In this document: positions 17,550 through 27,123 of the stretch, in pieces | Layout of the letters: every line of letters begins with the position of its first letter | Numbering within the stretch: the stretch's first letter is position 1 | Assembly: GCA_041671505.1 (NCBI GenBank) | Contig: JBAZBK010000014.1 | Location: forward strand, 20,395 to 84,394 | From: Thermoanaerobaculia bacterium | Lineage (GTDB): Bacteria > Acidobacteriota > Thermoanaerobaculia > Gp7-AA8 | DNA length: 64,000 nucleotides | Direction: 5' to 3' | The notes under the pieces: generated by a model | Told to the model about the DNA's origin: nothing | Database searches by the model: none | The model's input: the letters and a program-made list of their open reading frames with translations, nothing else | Position numbers and translations under genes: made by a program

Positions 17550-18743
17550 TCAGATCATCCGCCGGAAGTCGTCGGGGTCGTTCGATCGCGCGATCGCCTC
17601 GTCGGGCGCGATGAGCTTCTTCGCCGCCAGCTCGCGCAGCGAATCGTCGAAGGTGATCATTCCCGAGCGCTTGCCCAGGACCATCTCGTTCGCGAGCCCT
17701 TCGAGCTTCGCGTTTCGGATCTGATTGCGGACCGCGTGGTTCGCGAGCAGCAGCTCGACGGCGGGCACGACGCCGCGGCCATCGGCGCGCGGGATCAGCT
17801 TCTGATTCAGGATCGCGTTGAGGCTGAGCGCCGCCTGCTTGTAGATCTGCGTCTGCTGCGTCGACGGGAAGAGGTCGACGATGCGATGAATCGTCTGCGC
17901 GGGGCTCGTCGTGTGGAGCGTCGACAGGATGAGATGCCCCGTCTCCGCGGCGGTGAGCGCCATCGACATCGTCTCCGCGTCACGGATCTCGCCGACGAGA
18001 ATGACGTCGGGATCCTGCCGCAGTGCGGAGCGCAGCGCGGACGCGAAGGTGGGAGCATCCTTGCCGATCTCGATCTGTTCGACGAGCGACTTCCGGTTCG
18101 GATGGTCGTACTCGAGCGGATCCTCGATCGTGATGATGTGCCTCGCGTCGCGCCCGTTGATCTCGTCGACGAGAGCCGCGAGGGTCGAGCTCTTCCCGCA
18201 GCCGGTCGGGCCGCAGACGAGGACGAGCCCGCGTGACGGCTTCGTCAGCTCGGCGAGCGACGCCGGCAGCTGGAGCTGCGCGAGCGTCGGAATGCGCGTC
18301 GGCAGCACGCGGATCGACGCCGCCAGCAGACCGCGCTGGCGGTGGATGTTGACGCGGAAGCGAAAGCCTCGCTTCTGCTCGTCGTCGACGGACGCGCTGA
18401 GCCCGAGATCGATCGAGCCGCGCGAGGCGAGTTCCTGCGCGAGGTTCTGCACGCCGGGAACGAGCGCGCGGATCTGCGACTCGCCGACCGGCGCGTCGTC
18501 GACGAACCGGATCGCGCCGTTGATCCGCATGACCGCCGGCCCGCCGGCGACGAGATGAAGGTCGGTGGCGTTTTCGCGAAGCATGCGGCCGAGCCACCGG
18601 TCGAGAAGCTCGCGTTCCGCCGGATCGTACGAGCCACTACCCGTGAGCAGCTCGCTTCCCTCTGGAGTCTCCATCGCGGATCCACCGTCGTTCAATTGCC
18701 GCACGAGCTGCTCGAGGTCGGGATCACGCATGAATTTCGACAT
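17550..18743 (-). CDS. pilT: Type IV pilus twitching-motility ATPase PilT
   Basis: Start at Met MSKFMRDPD (ATG 18741-18743) within track ORF. Walker A (GPTGCGKSS), Walker B and the PilT/GspE family core. 398 aa. Confidence 0.85.
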   Translation of the reverse strand: MSKFMRDPDLEQLVRQLNDGGSAMETPEGSELLTGSGSYDPAERELLDRWLGRMLRENATDLHLVAGGPAVMRINGAIRFVDDAPVGESQIRALVPGVQNLAQELASRGSIDLGLSASVDDEQKRGFRFRVNIHRQRGLLAASIRVLPTRIPTLAQLQLPASLAELTKPSRGLVLVCGPTGCGKSSTLAALVDEINGRDARHIITIEDPLEYDHPNRKSLVEQIEIGKDAPTFASALRSALRQDPDVILVGEIRDAETMSMALTAAETGHLILSTLHTTSPAQTIHRIVDLFPSTQQTQIYKQAALSLNAILNQKLIPRADGRGVVPAVELLLANHAVRNQIRNAKLEGLANEMVLGKRSGMITFDDSLRELAAKKLIAPDEAIARSNDPDDFRRMI

Positions 18744-19149
18744 GGCAAATCTCTCCGTGACGGAGCGGCGCGCCCCGCAAACGTCATCTTGGACGCGCGA
18801 ACGCAACGGAAGTTCCCGACGCGGTCGCGGATGGAGAGTTCGGGAGCGCAGGCTCGGCGTGACGAGCTACTTCGACAGCATCCGCGTCCCGTCGGTCATC
18901 AGCGTCAGCCGCGGACGGTTCGCCTGCCGTTCCGGAACGACCAGCAGGAACTCCGTCGGCTCCGATGACATCGGCTCGTACCACCACCAGCCGATCGGCG
19001 GAGTGAAAGGCTCGGTCGGACTCCCCAATAGCGGCATCGGGACGAAGAAAGAGAGGCGACGACGGCTGCGACGATTTGACGCAGACGCGAAGTGCAGCTC
19101 CGAGCCATGCCTGGCGAATCGGCCGTGTCAGCCCGAGCGTAGTCGATCT

Positions 19150-19292
19150 GTCATCCCGAGCGTAAGGAGGGATCTGCTAACACATCAACTTGACCGCCCC
19201 CTTAGATACCACTCTCGCCACATCGTCACAGTTGCTGCTGGGGAACCGATCAGATCAAACGTTTAGCAGATCCCTCGCTTCGCTCGGGATGA
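19150..19292. mobile_element. MITE-like palindromic repeat element, divergent copy (arms GTCATCCCGAGCGTAAGGAGGGATCTGCTAA / TTAGCAGATCCCTCGCTTCGCTCGGGATGAC)
   Basis: ~30-bp inverted arms sharing the GTCATCCCGAGCG...GGGATC motif with the other copies, flanking a ~85-bp core. A partial direct duplicate of the arm start (GTCAGCCCGAGCGTAG) lies just upstream. Confidence 0.6.
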
Positions 19293-19331
19293 CGCGATCG
19301 CGGCTCGAACCTGCCCCTACTCCGCCGCGCC

Positions 19332-19823
19332 TCACTTCTCGCTCGGCAACGCGAGCGACGCCTGGCCGAAGGCGTACTTCCACCCCGTCTTCGTTCGCAC
19401 GTACGTGTCGCTGAACCAGAGCTTCCGCTCGAAGCCCTTGCCGTCCTTCGTCCCCTTGATCCAGAGCTTCGCCGTCACGACGGCGGTATCTCCCCAGACG
19501 CGCACCTTCTGCGAGTCGTCGATCTCCACCTGCTTCTCCCAGATGATCGACTTCGCGCGCGCCTCCTGGAGGAGGTCGTTCTTTCCGTAGACCGTACCGT
19601 TGCCCAGCACGAGCACGAAGTCGTCGGCGAGGATCTTCGCCATCGTCTCCGCGTCGTTCCGTTCGACCGCGGCCTGGTACTCGGTGTCGAGCGCGGCCAC
19701 GATCTCCGCGTCCGTGGCAGCAGCGGCCGGAACGGTGGCCAGAACTGCGCCAAGGCCTCCGATCACCATGGCGGCAACGGCGCTGAACTTGCGGGTGGGG
19801 ACTGAAGTCGGTACTCGGGTCAT
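19332..19823 (-). CDS. Secreted NTF2-like / SnoaL-like (DUF4440-type) domain protein
   Basis: Signal peptide plus Ala-rich cleavage region. The core reads DTEYQAAVERNDAETMAKILADDFVLVLGNGTVYGKNDLL, typical of NTF2-like fold proteins. Confidence 0.5.
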   Translation of the reverse strand: MTRVPTSVPTRKFSAVAAMVIGGLGAVLATVPAAAATDAEIVAALDTEYQAAVERNDAETMAKILADDFVLVLGNGTVYGKNDLLQEARAKSIIWEKQVEIDDSQKVRVWGDTAVVTAKLWIKGTKDGKGFERKLWFSDTYVRTKTGWKYAFGQASLALPSEK

Positions 19824-19978
19824 CTCTCTCTCCTTGGCGGGCAGATTCCACGGGCGACGAACGTCGCCTTGCCTGCTTCACGCCGTTGTATTTCCCCCTT
19901 AACACCTCGAGCGAGCGCGGCGTTCGCGGTGCGGGCAGGGGCCGGCGAAAAATGAGACGCTGCGTCGCGCTACGACGG

Positions 19979-21286
19979 CTACAACCCGAACAGCGCGTAG
20001 AGGATCGCGGGGATCGCGAGACCGATCATTCCCGGCGCGGCGAGGTTCGCCGTGCGGCGCGAGCCGAAGATGTAGGTGTAGGCCATCTTCAGCAGATTGT
20101 TGCTCGCGGTCGCGATGAGAATCGCCTGCACGATCTGGCGATCGTCGATGCCGAAGCTTCCCTGCAGTAACGAGACGACGAACGGGGTGATGTCGGACAT
20201 GCCGACGACGAACGACAGCATGCGAAGACCGAACGCATTCGAATACTCGAGGACGAACTTCGTCGCCAGCGAGACGACGGTGAACATCACCGCGAAGATG
20301 ATCGCGGAGTTGAGCTCCAGCGGGTTCTTCCGCAGCTCCGGCTCCTCGGCAACGTCGGACTCCGACTCCTTGACCGGCGCTCCGTTGTCGGGGAGCTCCC
20401 TTCGCCGGAGCCAGATGGCGAAGAGGCCCGCGAGCCCCGCGAGGACGAAGAACGCCGGACCGATGATGACCACGGCGCGGAAGCGGAAGATCGCGACGAG
20501 CGCGAGCAGCCGCAGGTACATCATCGCTACGGCGAGCAGGATGGCGACCGCCGCCTCGTGAAAGAGGCCCGGATTCGTCTTCGACTTCTTCGAGAGCACG
20601 ACGACCGTCACCGTGCTCGAGTAGATTCCTCCGATCACGCCGGTGAGCAGCAGCCCTTTGTGCGGATAGAGGTAGGTCTGCAGCACGTAACCGAGATACG
20701 AGATGGCGGTCGTGATGACGACGGCCATCCAGATCTGACGCGGGGTGACGGGAAGGACGGCCAGCAGCTGCCCTAACCATCCATCCGCCTGCGACATGTC
20801 GGGAATCAGCGGGAGCACGACGCCGACGATCGCGAGGAACTTGCATACGGTGACGACCTCGCCGGTCTCGAGACGGTCCGTGAACTTGCGGATCTTCCCC
20901 TTCGAGTGGACGACGAAGAGGATCGAGATCCCGAGAAGCACCAGGAACCAGCTCGGCTGCCGGATCGCGATCGGGCCGGTCGCGTAGGTCGTCAGGGCAA
21001 CCATGACCCCGATCAGGCCGGGGCTCTTCTTCTGCATCACCTTGCTGCTGTAGTAGACGAGCAGAAAAAGGGTAAGAGCCCCGAACCCGACGAGGAACGC
21101 GGTCGCGCCGATCTCGGGAAGCTGGTAAAGAACGAAGCCCAGCATCCCGATGAAGACGAAGGTGCGCGCCGTGCCGAAGGTGTCGAACTTCCCCTCGCCC
21201 TCGTAATACTCACGCAGGCCGATGCCGATCAGGAAGCTGACCGCCAGCGTGAGGAAGAACGACGAAACGAGGGACGGCAGGAGCAT
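19979..21286 (-). CDS. MgtC/SapB-family integral membrane protein with DUF4010-like C-terminal half
   Basis: About 12 predicted TM helices and an MgtC-like N-terminal half. The size and two-module layout fit the MgtC+DUF4010 architecture. Last gene of a four-gene minus-strand operon. Confidence 0.55.
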   Translation of the reverse strand: MLLPSLVSSFFLTLAVSFLIGIGLREYYEGEGKFDTFGTARTFVFIGMLGFVLYQLPEIGATAFLVGFGALTLFLLVYYSSKVMQKKSPGLIGVMVALTTYATGPIAIRQPSWFLVLLGISILFVVHSKGKIRKFTDRLETGEVVTVCKFLAIVGVVLPLIPDMSQADGWLGQLLAVLPVTPRQIWMAVVITTAISYLGYVLQTYLYPHKGLLLTGVIGGIYSSTVTVVVLSKKSKTNPGLFHEAAVAILLAVAMMYLRLLALVAIFRFRAVVIIGPAFFVLAGLAGLFAIWLRRRELPDNGAPVKESESDVAEEPELRKNPLELNSAIIFAVMFTVVSLATKFVLEYSNAFGLRMLSFVVGMSDITPFVVSLLQGSFGIDDRQIVQAILIATASNNLLKMAYTYIFGSRRTANLAAPGMIGLAIPAILYALFGL

Positions 21287-21955
21287 CTATTCGATCCCGA
21301 CGACTTTCTTGGCTGCCTTGAGGTAGTTGACGTTAGGCATCGCCGACAGGCCGAGCCCCTCGACCACCCCGCGCATCGCTGCGTAGTTCTCGCTCTCGAC
21401 GCAGGCTGACTCGACCATCGCGCCGTTGAAGAAGACCTGCGCGTACTCGCAGATGATCCCGTCGATGGTAAAGCCGTAGCGCATCTTCTCGACGGTCACC
21501 GGGACGAGCTGCGGATGCTTCCGTGCCATCGCGATGAACTCGTCGATCGTGTACATCTCCGCATCGAGCTTCATCCCGGCCTTCAGGTGGGAAAGGATCG
21601 TCTCGAGGTCGGCCTTCTTCACCGGGAACTGGAACTTCCCGCGCGGCTGGAAGATCTCGTACCCCTCGGGCGTCTCGCCCGTCTTCACCTTGATGTCGAG
21701 GAGGCCGTCGCGAACCTTCACGTTCGCCTCGTTCGTCTCGGTCGAAAGGAAGTAGGTCTCGGCGGGCATCTTCCGCGCCTGGAAGAGGACGGTCTTTCCG
21801 TTCCACATTTTCGCCTTGAGCGGCTCGATGAGGTTCTGGCCGAACGCGCGGAACTCCGCGCGCGGCACGATCTTCGCCGCGTCTTCCGCGGACGTGGCAA
21901 CGTTCTTCGCAGCTTCGTTGGTCATGTCGATCTCCTGTGATTTGGGCCGGCCCAC
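21287..21955 (-). CDS. Hypothetical protein
   Basis: Coding-like codon bias. Contiguous with neighbouring genes (stop abuts the next start). No recognisable domain; start may be the internal Met MTNEAAKN. Confidence 0.4.
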   Translation of the reverse strand: MGRPKSQEIDMTNEAAKNVATSAEDAAKIVPRAEFRAFGQNLIEPLKAKMWNGKTVLFQARKMPAETYFLSTETNEANVKVRDGLLDIKVKTGETPEGYEIFQPRGKFQFPVKKADLETILSHLKAGMKLDAEMYTIDEFIAMARKHPQLVPVTVEKMRYGFTIDGIICEYAQVFFNGAMVESACVESENYAAMRGVVEGLGLSAMPNVNYLKAAKKVVGIE

Positions 21956-21965
21956 ACGGGCGGAG

Positions 21966-22676
21966 TCACTCCGCGCGCGGTGACACGAGATCCCTGAAGT
22001 AAACGAGGTAAAGGACTGAGAGGACGAGACCCGCGATCAGCCATCCCGGAGATCGCGCGTCGTCGACGAGCTCGATCTGCATCGAAGCCGACTGGCCCTG
22101 CAACAGCCGGTCGACGTGAATCCGCGCTCCCGGCTTCGAGTCGACGGCCGAGAGCTGCACGCGGGGTCCCGCTTCGCTCTTTCCGAGCTTCGGCAGCGCC
22201 TCGCGGATCGCGTGCGCGCGCATTCCGTCCGGAAACACGACGCGCGCGCTGTAATTCGCGATCGGCATCGGCTGCGAGTTCAGGCATGTCAGCCGGAGCA
22301 GCTTGTTTCCGCGCGGAAGCGGTTTCTGCTCGTCTCCATCGCCGAACAGCTTTGCGGCGGAGAAGGTAAAGCCGACCTCGACCGCGCCCGGAGTGCCTTC
22401 GGGCAGCGTGATTCCGACCAGCGTATGTCCGTTGAGCGGAGACGCGGAGAGCGTCGTCCCCTCCGGCCCGGCGGCGAGTTGAACGTTCGCGACGTCGGTA
22501 AAGCCGAGGGGGATCGCCACGGGGCCGGGCGCGGCATTCTCGAGCCGGACCGTCGCGACGCCCTTCCCGAAGCCGTCCTCCGCCACCCGGACCGTTACGT
22601 CGTACGAGCTGATCTCGACCGCGCCGGCGAACTGGGCGAAGCAAAGCGAGAGCGCCAGGAGGGCGAGCTTTCTCAC
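21966..22676 (-). CDS. Hypothetical exported protein with C-terminal membrane anchor
   Basis: Signal peptide MRKLALLALSLCFAQFAGA. C-terminal hydrophobic helix (WLIAGLVLSVLYLVYF). Its start overlaps the stop of the upstream transporter gene by 4 bp. Confidence 0.45.
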   Translation of the reverse strand: MRKLALLALSLCFAQFAGAVEISSYDVTVRVAEDGFGKGVATVRLENAAPGPVAIPLGFTDVANVQLAAGPEGTTLSASPLNGHTLVGITLPEGTPGAVEVGFTFSAAKLFGDGDEQKPLPRGNKLLRLTCLNSQPMPIANYSARVVFPDGMRAHAIREALPKLGKSEAGPRVQLSAVDSKPGARIHVDRLLQGQSASMQIELVDDARSPGWLIAGLVLSVLYLVYFRDLVSPRAE

Positions 22677-24238
22677 TTCGCCACCGCCCAGAACGACGGC
22701 GTGATGCCGAGCCAGTGGAACCAGGTCGCGGCCGACAGCACGAGAAGGATCAGGCCGATCGTGCAGGTCGTCATCCCGTACTTGAAGTTGTCGCCCACCG
22801 AATACTGATTCGTCGAAAACAGGATGACGTTAGGCTTTCCGCTGATCGGAAGGCCGACGACCCAGTCGATGCAGAGCGCGGCCGGAAGCGCGAGCGACAG
22901 CGGGTCCCAGCCGAGCGTCTTCGACAGCGTGATGATGATCGGGATCATGATCATCGTCCGCACCGTCTTCGAGGTCGTCAGGAGGTGGCTGTACATCATC
23001 ACCGCCATGATCAACGTGAACACGACGCCGAACGGGAGTTTGTCGAGCGCGAGCCCGCCGAACAGTTTTCGAACCGCCCACTCCGCGGCGCCCGTGTCGT
23101 CCAGCGCGAGCCCGCCTGCATAGGCGCCGGCGCTGAAGATCAGCAGGTGCCACGGTATGTCGGCCTCGGACCACTGCAGCACGCCCCAGCGCGGGAAGAG
23201 CGCGATCACGGCGCCGAGCAGCGCCGCAAACGGCGCGCTGATCTCCACGCCGAACCAGCGCATGTGGAAGATGTCGGTCATCCAGAGAACGAGCACGAGG
23301 CCGAAGATGGCGAGCGCCTTCTTCTCGCCGATGCTCAGTGGCCCCATCTCGTCGTACTTGCGCCGGACGACGTCGAGCCCCCCCTTGATCCGGGGCAACT
23401 GCTCGTCCTCGGGGATCCTGAAAAGGAGCTTCCGCCCGAGGATCATCGTGATCGCGACGGTGACGAGCGCGATCGGCGCGCCGAGGCGGACCCAGTCGAT
23501 GTAGTAGACGCGGTGCCCGCCCATCGTCTCGATCAGCCCGACCGCGATCAGGTTCGCGCTGCTCCCGGTCATCGTCATCGACGACAGGACCGAGATGCAG
23601 ACGAGGTTCAGCAGCATCAGATTCTTTCCGAACGCGTTAGGCGTCTCCTCGGTCGAGCCGTAAATCGCGGCGACCACCAGCATCAGCGGAAGCGTCATCA
23701 CGCATCGCGCGGCGGTCGCCGGAATCAGCGGAGCGAGCAGCATCTGGAGGACGAGAAACGCGAAGAGCGCCCAACCCGCGGTGTGGCCGAAACGGAGTAC
23801 GAGGCCGAGCGCCATCCGTTTCGCCAGCCGCGTCTTCACCAGCATCCCACTCAGGATGAAGGCGAGCAGATTGAGCCAGATCACCTCCATGCCGAGCACG
23901 TCCATGATCGCCTTCGCCCCCGCGGTGCGGGTCACCAGCAGAAGGAACATCAGGACGAGCGAGGTGACGTAGGTCGGAAACGGCTCCGTCACCCACCAGA
24001 CGAGGGCGAGCGCGAAGCAAGCGATGCCCGCCTGCGCCGAAGCTCCGAGCCCCGCGTCGGGAGTGAGGTAGTAGAGAAGCAGAAACGCGACGATGCCGCC
24101 GGGAAAACCGAGGTAGCGCATCCAAAGTTCGGAGCGCCCCTGCGCCGCTCTCATCTTCGACGAGAGCGTCATCTTCTCCATGTCGAGAAGACTGCTGAGC
24201 TGGTCTTCCGCGGACGGCGTCGTCACGGCATTCGTCAT
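22673..24238 (-). CDS. DASS/SLC13-family (CitT/ArsB-NhaD superfamily) anion transporter
   Basis: 521 aa polytopic membrane protein with the two inverted repeat halves and SANL/GSSANL-type hairpin motifs (SSMTMTGSSANLIAVG) typical of divalent-anion:Na+ symporters. Confidence 0.7.
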   Translation of the reverse strand: MTNAVTTPSAEDQLSSLLDMEKMTLSSKMRAAQGRSELWMRYLGFPGGIVAFLLLYYLTPDAGLGASAQAGIACFALALVWWVTEPFPTYVTSLVLMFLLLVTRTAGAKAIMDVLGMEVIWLNLLAFILSGMLVKTRLAKRMALGLVLRFGHTAGWALFAFLVLQMLLAPLIPATAARCVMTLPLMLVVAAIYGSTEETPNAFGKNLMLLNLVCISVLSSMTMTGSSANLIAVGLIETMGGHRVYYIDWVRLGAPIALVTVAITMILGRKLLFRIPEDEQLPRIKGGLDVVRRKYDEMGPLSIGEKKALAIFGLVLVLWMTDIFHMRWFGVEISAPFAALLGAVIALFPRWGVLQWSEADIPWHLLIFSAGAYAGGLALDDTGAAEWAVRKLFGGLALDKLPFGVVFTLIMAVMMYSHLLTTSKTVRTMIMIPIIITLSKTLGWDPLSLALPAALCIDWVVGLPISGKPNVILFSTNQYSVGDNFKYGMTTCTIGLILLVLSAATWFHWLGITPSFWAVAK

Positions 24239-24275
24239 TCGATCCGATCCTGTTCAGTGTCCGGGGCGCGCCCGG

Positions 24276-24749
24276 CTATTTCATCGCCCAGGTACTGTAG
24301 GGATTCTTGAGCAGGTTCGAGTTGAAGTAACGGGGATCGCTCGAGACCTCGGGGCCCGCCCAGGAGGGGAGCTCGAGCTTCTCGTCCTCCGACGCGAGCT
24401 CGATCTCCGCGACGACGAGTCCTTCGTTGTCGCCGTGGAAAACGTCGATCTCCCAATTCTTTCCGCCGTGCAACTCGACGTGGCGATGCTTGTCGATCAG
24501 AGGCTTTTCGCACAGCTGGTCGAGCAGGATCGCGGCGTCGTCGACCGGGATCACGTACTCGAACTCCGACCGCGTCACGCCCGTCGTGACTCCCTTGATC
24601 GTGAGCTTCGCCTTCGTCCCCTCGATCCGGACGCGCACGACGCGCTCCTTCTGCGAGTTGAGGTAACCCTGTTTGAAGTGAATGCCCTCGCCCTGCGGCT
24701 TCCAGGCATCCACCCTCACTAGAAACTTGCGTTCGATTTCCTTGCCCAT
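24276..24749 (-). CDS. CYTH domain protein (CyaB-like adenylate cyclase / triphosphatase family)
   Basis: N-terminal EIERKFLV signature and an acidic E-x-E / E-L-E pattern (VAEIELASEDEKLELP). 157 aa. Confidence 0.8.
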   Translation of the reverse strand: MGKEIERKFLVRVDAWKPQGEGIHFKQGYLNSQKERVVRVRIEGTKAKLTIKGVTTGVTRSEFEYVIPVDDAAILLDQLCEKPLIDKHRHVELHGGKNWEIDVFHGDNEGLVVAEIELASEDEKLELPSWAGPEVSSDPRYFNSNLLKNPYSTWAMK

Positions 24750-25369
24750 GTTCGTTCCCTGGCGTCAGTCGCCGGCAATCCCAGGGCCGTCTTGATGCCC
24801 TGGAGGAAGTTGACGTTGTCCCGCGCGTCGAGCCCGAGCTCGATCAGCAGCTGCTCGATGAGCGCCGGGTCTTCGTGTTCGAGAGACAGGCTTTGCATGG
24901 CCGCCGCCCCTCGAATCTCGACCGCCTCGACCGAGCAGTCGATCCCGTGGAGTCGCCCCTCGCGACGCCAGCGGGTCAGTGTCACCGGAATCACGGTCGG
25001 GTTCGGAGCGATCGCCTCGTCGAGAAACGAGGCGACCGTCCGATACTCTATGTTAGGCGCAGGACCCGGAAGCCCCCACGCCGACCAGAGGCGTGCGAGT
25101 TGTTCTCCACGGAACGGCAGGCTGCTATGAAGCACCGTATCCCAGAGCTCGAAGCCCTCGGGCCCGACCTCTTTGCGCCAGCGGAGCTCGAGCGTGCTCC
25201 CTCGCAGGAACGCGTGGTGCGAGCTCTTGAGGCAGACCAGGTGGATCTCGTCGACTCGCCTCTCGCTCCCCTGTACGAGCTCGGGGAAGCGAAGAGCGAG
25301 CGACGGCAGGTCAGCGGCGAAGGTTCGCCACTGCCACCGCGGGATCGAGACCGGGATCACGGTGCTCAT
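24719..25369 (-). CDS. Hypothetical protein immediately upstream of, and overlapping, the CYTH gene
   Basis: 216-aa ORF with coding-like GC3. Its 3' end overlaps the CYTH start by ~30 bp. No family recognised. Confidence 0.4.
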   Translation of the reverse strand: MSTVIPVSIPRWQWRTFAADLPSLALRFPELVQGSERRVDEIHLVCLKSSHHAFLRGSTLELRWRKEVGPEGFELWDTVLHSSLPFRGEQLARLWSAWGLPGPAPNIEYRTVASFLDEAIAPNPTVIPVTLTRWRREGRLHGIDCSVEAVEIRGAAAMQSLSLEHEDPALIEQLLIELGLDARDNVNFLQGIKTALGLPATDARERTWARKSNASF

Positions 25370-25411
25370 CGTTTGACCGTCTATCGTTTCAGCCGTTCGA
25401 CGGACGCGCCG

Positions 25412-26891
25412 TTAGAAAGCGACCTGGTAGCGCACCGCGAAGATCGTGAAGTCGTCGCCGTACACCGGCACCTGCGCCGTGCTGTTTCCCGGAGGAATCG
25501 GGGCGAAGTCCTTGCCCGGCTTGGCGTATTCGTCGTTGTTGACGGCCGTGACGTCGAACATGATCTTGTGGTTGGGGTTGATGTACCAGTTCAAGGCGGC
25601 GGTGATGTTGTCCGCGGAGCCGCCCTTGATCGCGTCGACCGAGGTGATGTCGTTCAGGTCGAAGTTGCTGTAGCGGAGCGCGACCTCCCAGGCGCCCGCC
25701 TTGCTCTTCGGCATGACGCGTCCGAACTCACCCTCGGACGAGTAGTACGGGCGAGTCTCGCCGGTGATGAACCAGGTCACGTAGCCGTAGTAGCCGGAGA
25801 AGTCGTGGTCGACGACCTTCGCGACGGTGGTCTCGGAACGATTGACCGAGGCCGTCTGATATTCGCCCTGGAAGGTGAACGCGCCGAACACGCCCGCGGC
25901 CTCGAGCCCGAGCAGCTCGTACGAGTCGACGTATTTCATGTCGCCGGTGCTGAGGAATTTCGCGCGGCTGACATGGGACTCGGAACGCGAATCGAACTTG
26001 ACGATCTTCGCCGCGTCCTCGCGGTCATACAGGTCGGCGCCGCTCGTCGGGAGCTTCGAAATATCGGGGTGCATGAGGGCGCCCGCGATGCCGAAGTGGA
26101 GGATGCGGCCGCTCTCGTTGAGCGGGGCGTAGCTGAAGCGGCCAACCCAGTTGAGCGGCTGGTCGGTGCCCGCACCGCCGCCCGTGTAGGTGTCCTTGTC
26201 GTTGAACTCGCCTGCGGGCTGCCCGTACACGCCGGCCGACGCCTGCCAGTTCTCTCCCCAGTAGCTGTAGTTGAGACCGATGCGGCGATCGGGAACCCAC
26301 GCGTCGATGTAGCCACGCTCGATGAAGACGATGTACTTCGACGAGGAGAGGTTCTCGAGGCCGAACGGAGCCTTGTGGTTGCCGAACTTAATCAGGCTGT
26401 TGTCGAAGCCGGCGTAGCCGGCCCAGAGGTCCTTGATCTCGACCGCGTTGTCGGCGAAGTCGACGTCGATCTCGGTGAGCCAGTCCCCGAACAGGGTCGC
26501 CTTCACGCCGATGCGTGCGCGACGGGCTTCGACGCCGTCGTGCAGGCGGTTCTCGGAGCCATCGTAAACGGCCGCGTCGAGATTGAGTCGTCCGTCGAGC
26601 CAGTACTTGAACTCGCCGTCCTTGCTCGCCCAGACGAGATAGCCGTTGTCGTAGAAGCTCCGGAGCGCCACCGGCTCCATCGTCCGCTCCGCTTCGGCGC
26701 CGCTCGCGAGCTTCTGCTCGGGAAGCTTCTCTTCCTCCGCCTTGTCCTTCATCAACTGCTCGATCTTCTTTTCCAGCTCGTTGATGCGCTTGTCAGTGTC
26801 CGTCGGCTCCTGCGCGAATGCCGGATTGACCAGCAGCGCGAGCGCGAATACGACGGTTAAGATCCTTGCGATGCTCTTCATGGAACCCTCC
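25412..26891 (-). CDS. Phosphate-selective porin O/P (OprO/OprP family) outer-membrane protein
   Basis: Start at internal Met MKSIARILTVVFALALLVNPAFAQ (ATG 26889-26891), a signal peptide; the long upstream part of the track ORF is non-coding. Beta-barrel-like alternating pattern and C-terminal ...YQVAF terminal Phe. Resembles porin O/P family. Confidence 0.7.
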
Positions 26892-27074
26892 GAATTAATC
26901 GATGCCGGTGCCTCGTGGCGTCGGCGCCTTCGTGATCGTCGTTCGTCCCGCCCGGATCGGGCAGGACCGATGGAGACGATCAACTGGAAGGAATGTGCCA
27001 ACCGAGGGAACCGAATGACTGGCGATTTCAAAGGAGTTTTCGACGACCGCTGGTGACCGGTGGCTGCTTCGACG

Positions 27075-27106
27075 CGCGGATTCCCGCACTCGCTGCGGAT
27101 TCCCGC
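27075..27106. promoter_or_regulatory. Tandem direct repeat GCGGATTCCCGC x2 (20-bp spacing) upstream of the porin gene; candidate enhancer-binding sites. A weak sigma-54-like -24/-12 (GGCAC-N5-TCGAT) lies nearer the start codon.
   Basis: Sequence gcGCGGATTCCCGCactcgctGCGGATTCCCGCgc at ~27073-27108. It sits between the sigma-54 response-regulator gene and the porin gene, on the upstream side of the porin (minus strand). The -12 element is imperfect (GA instead of GC). Confidence 0.3.
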
Positions 27107-27123
27107 GCGCAGCCGACGCCCGA

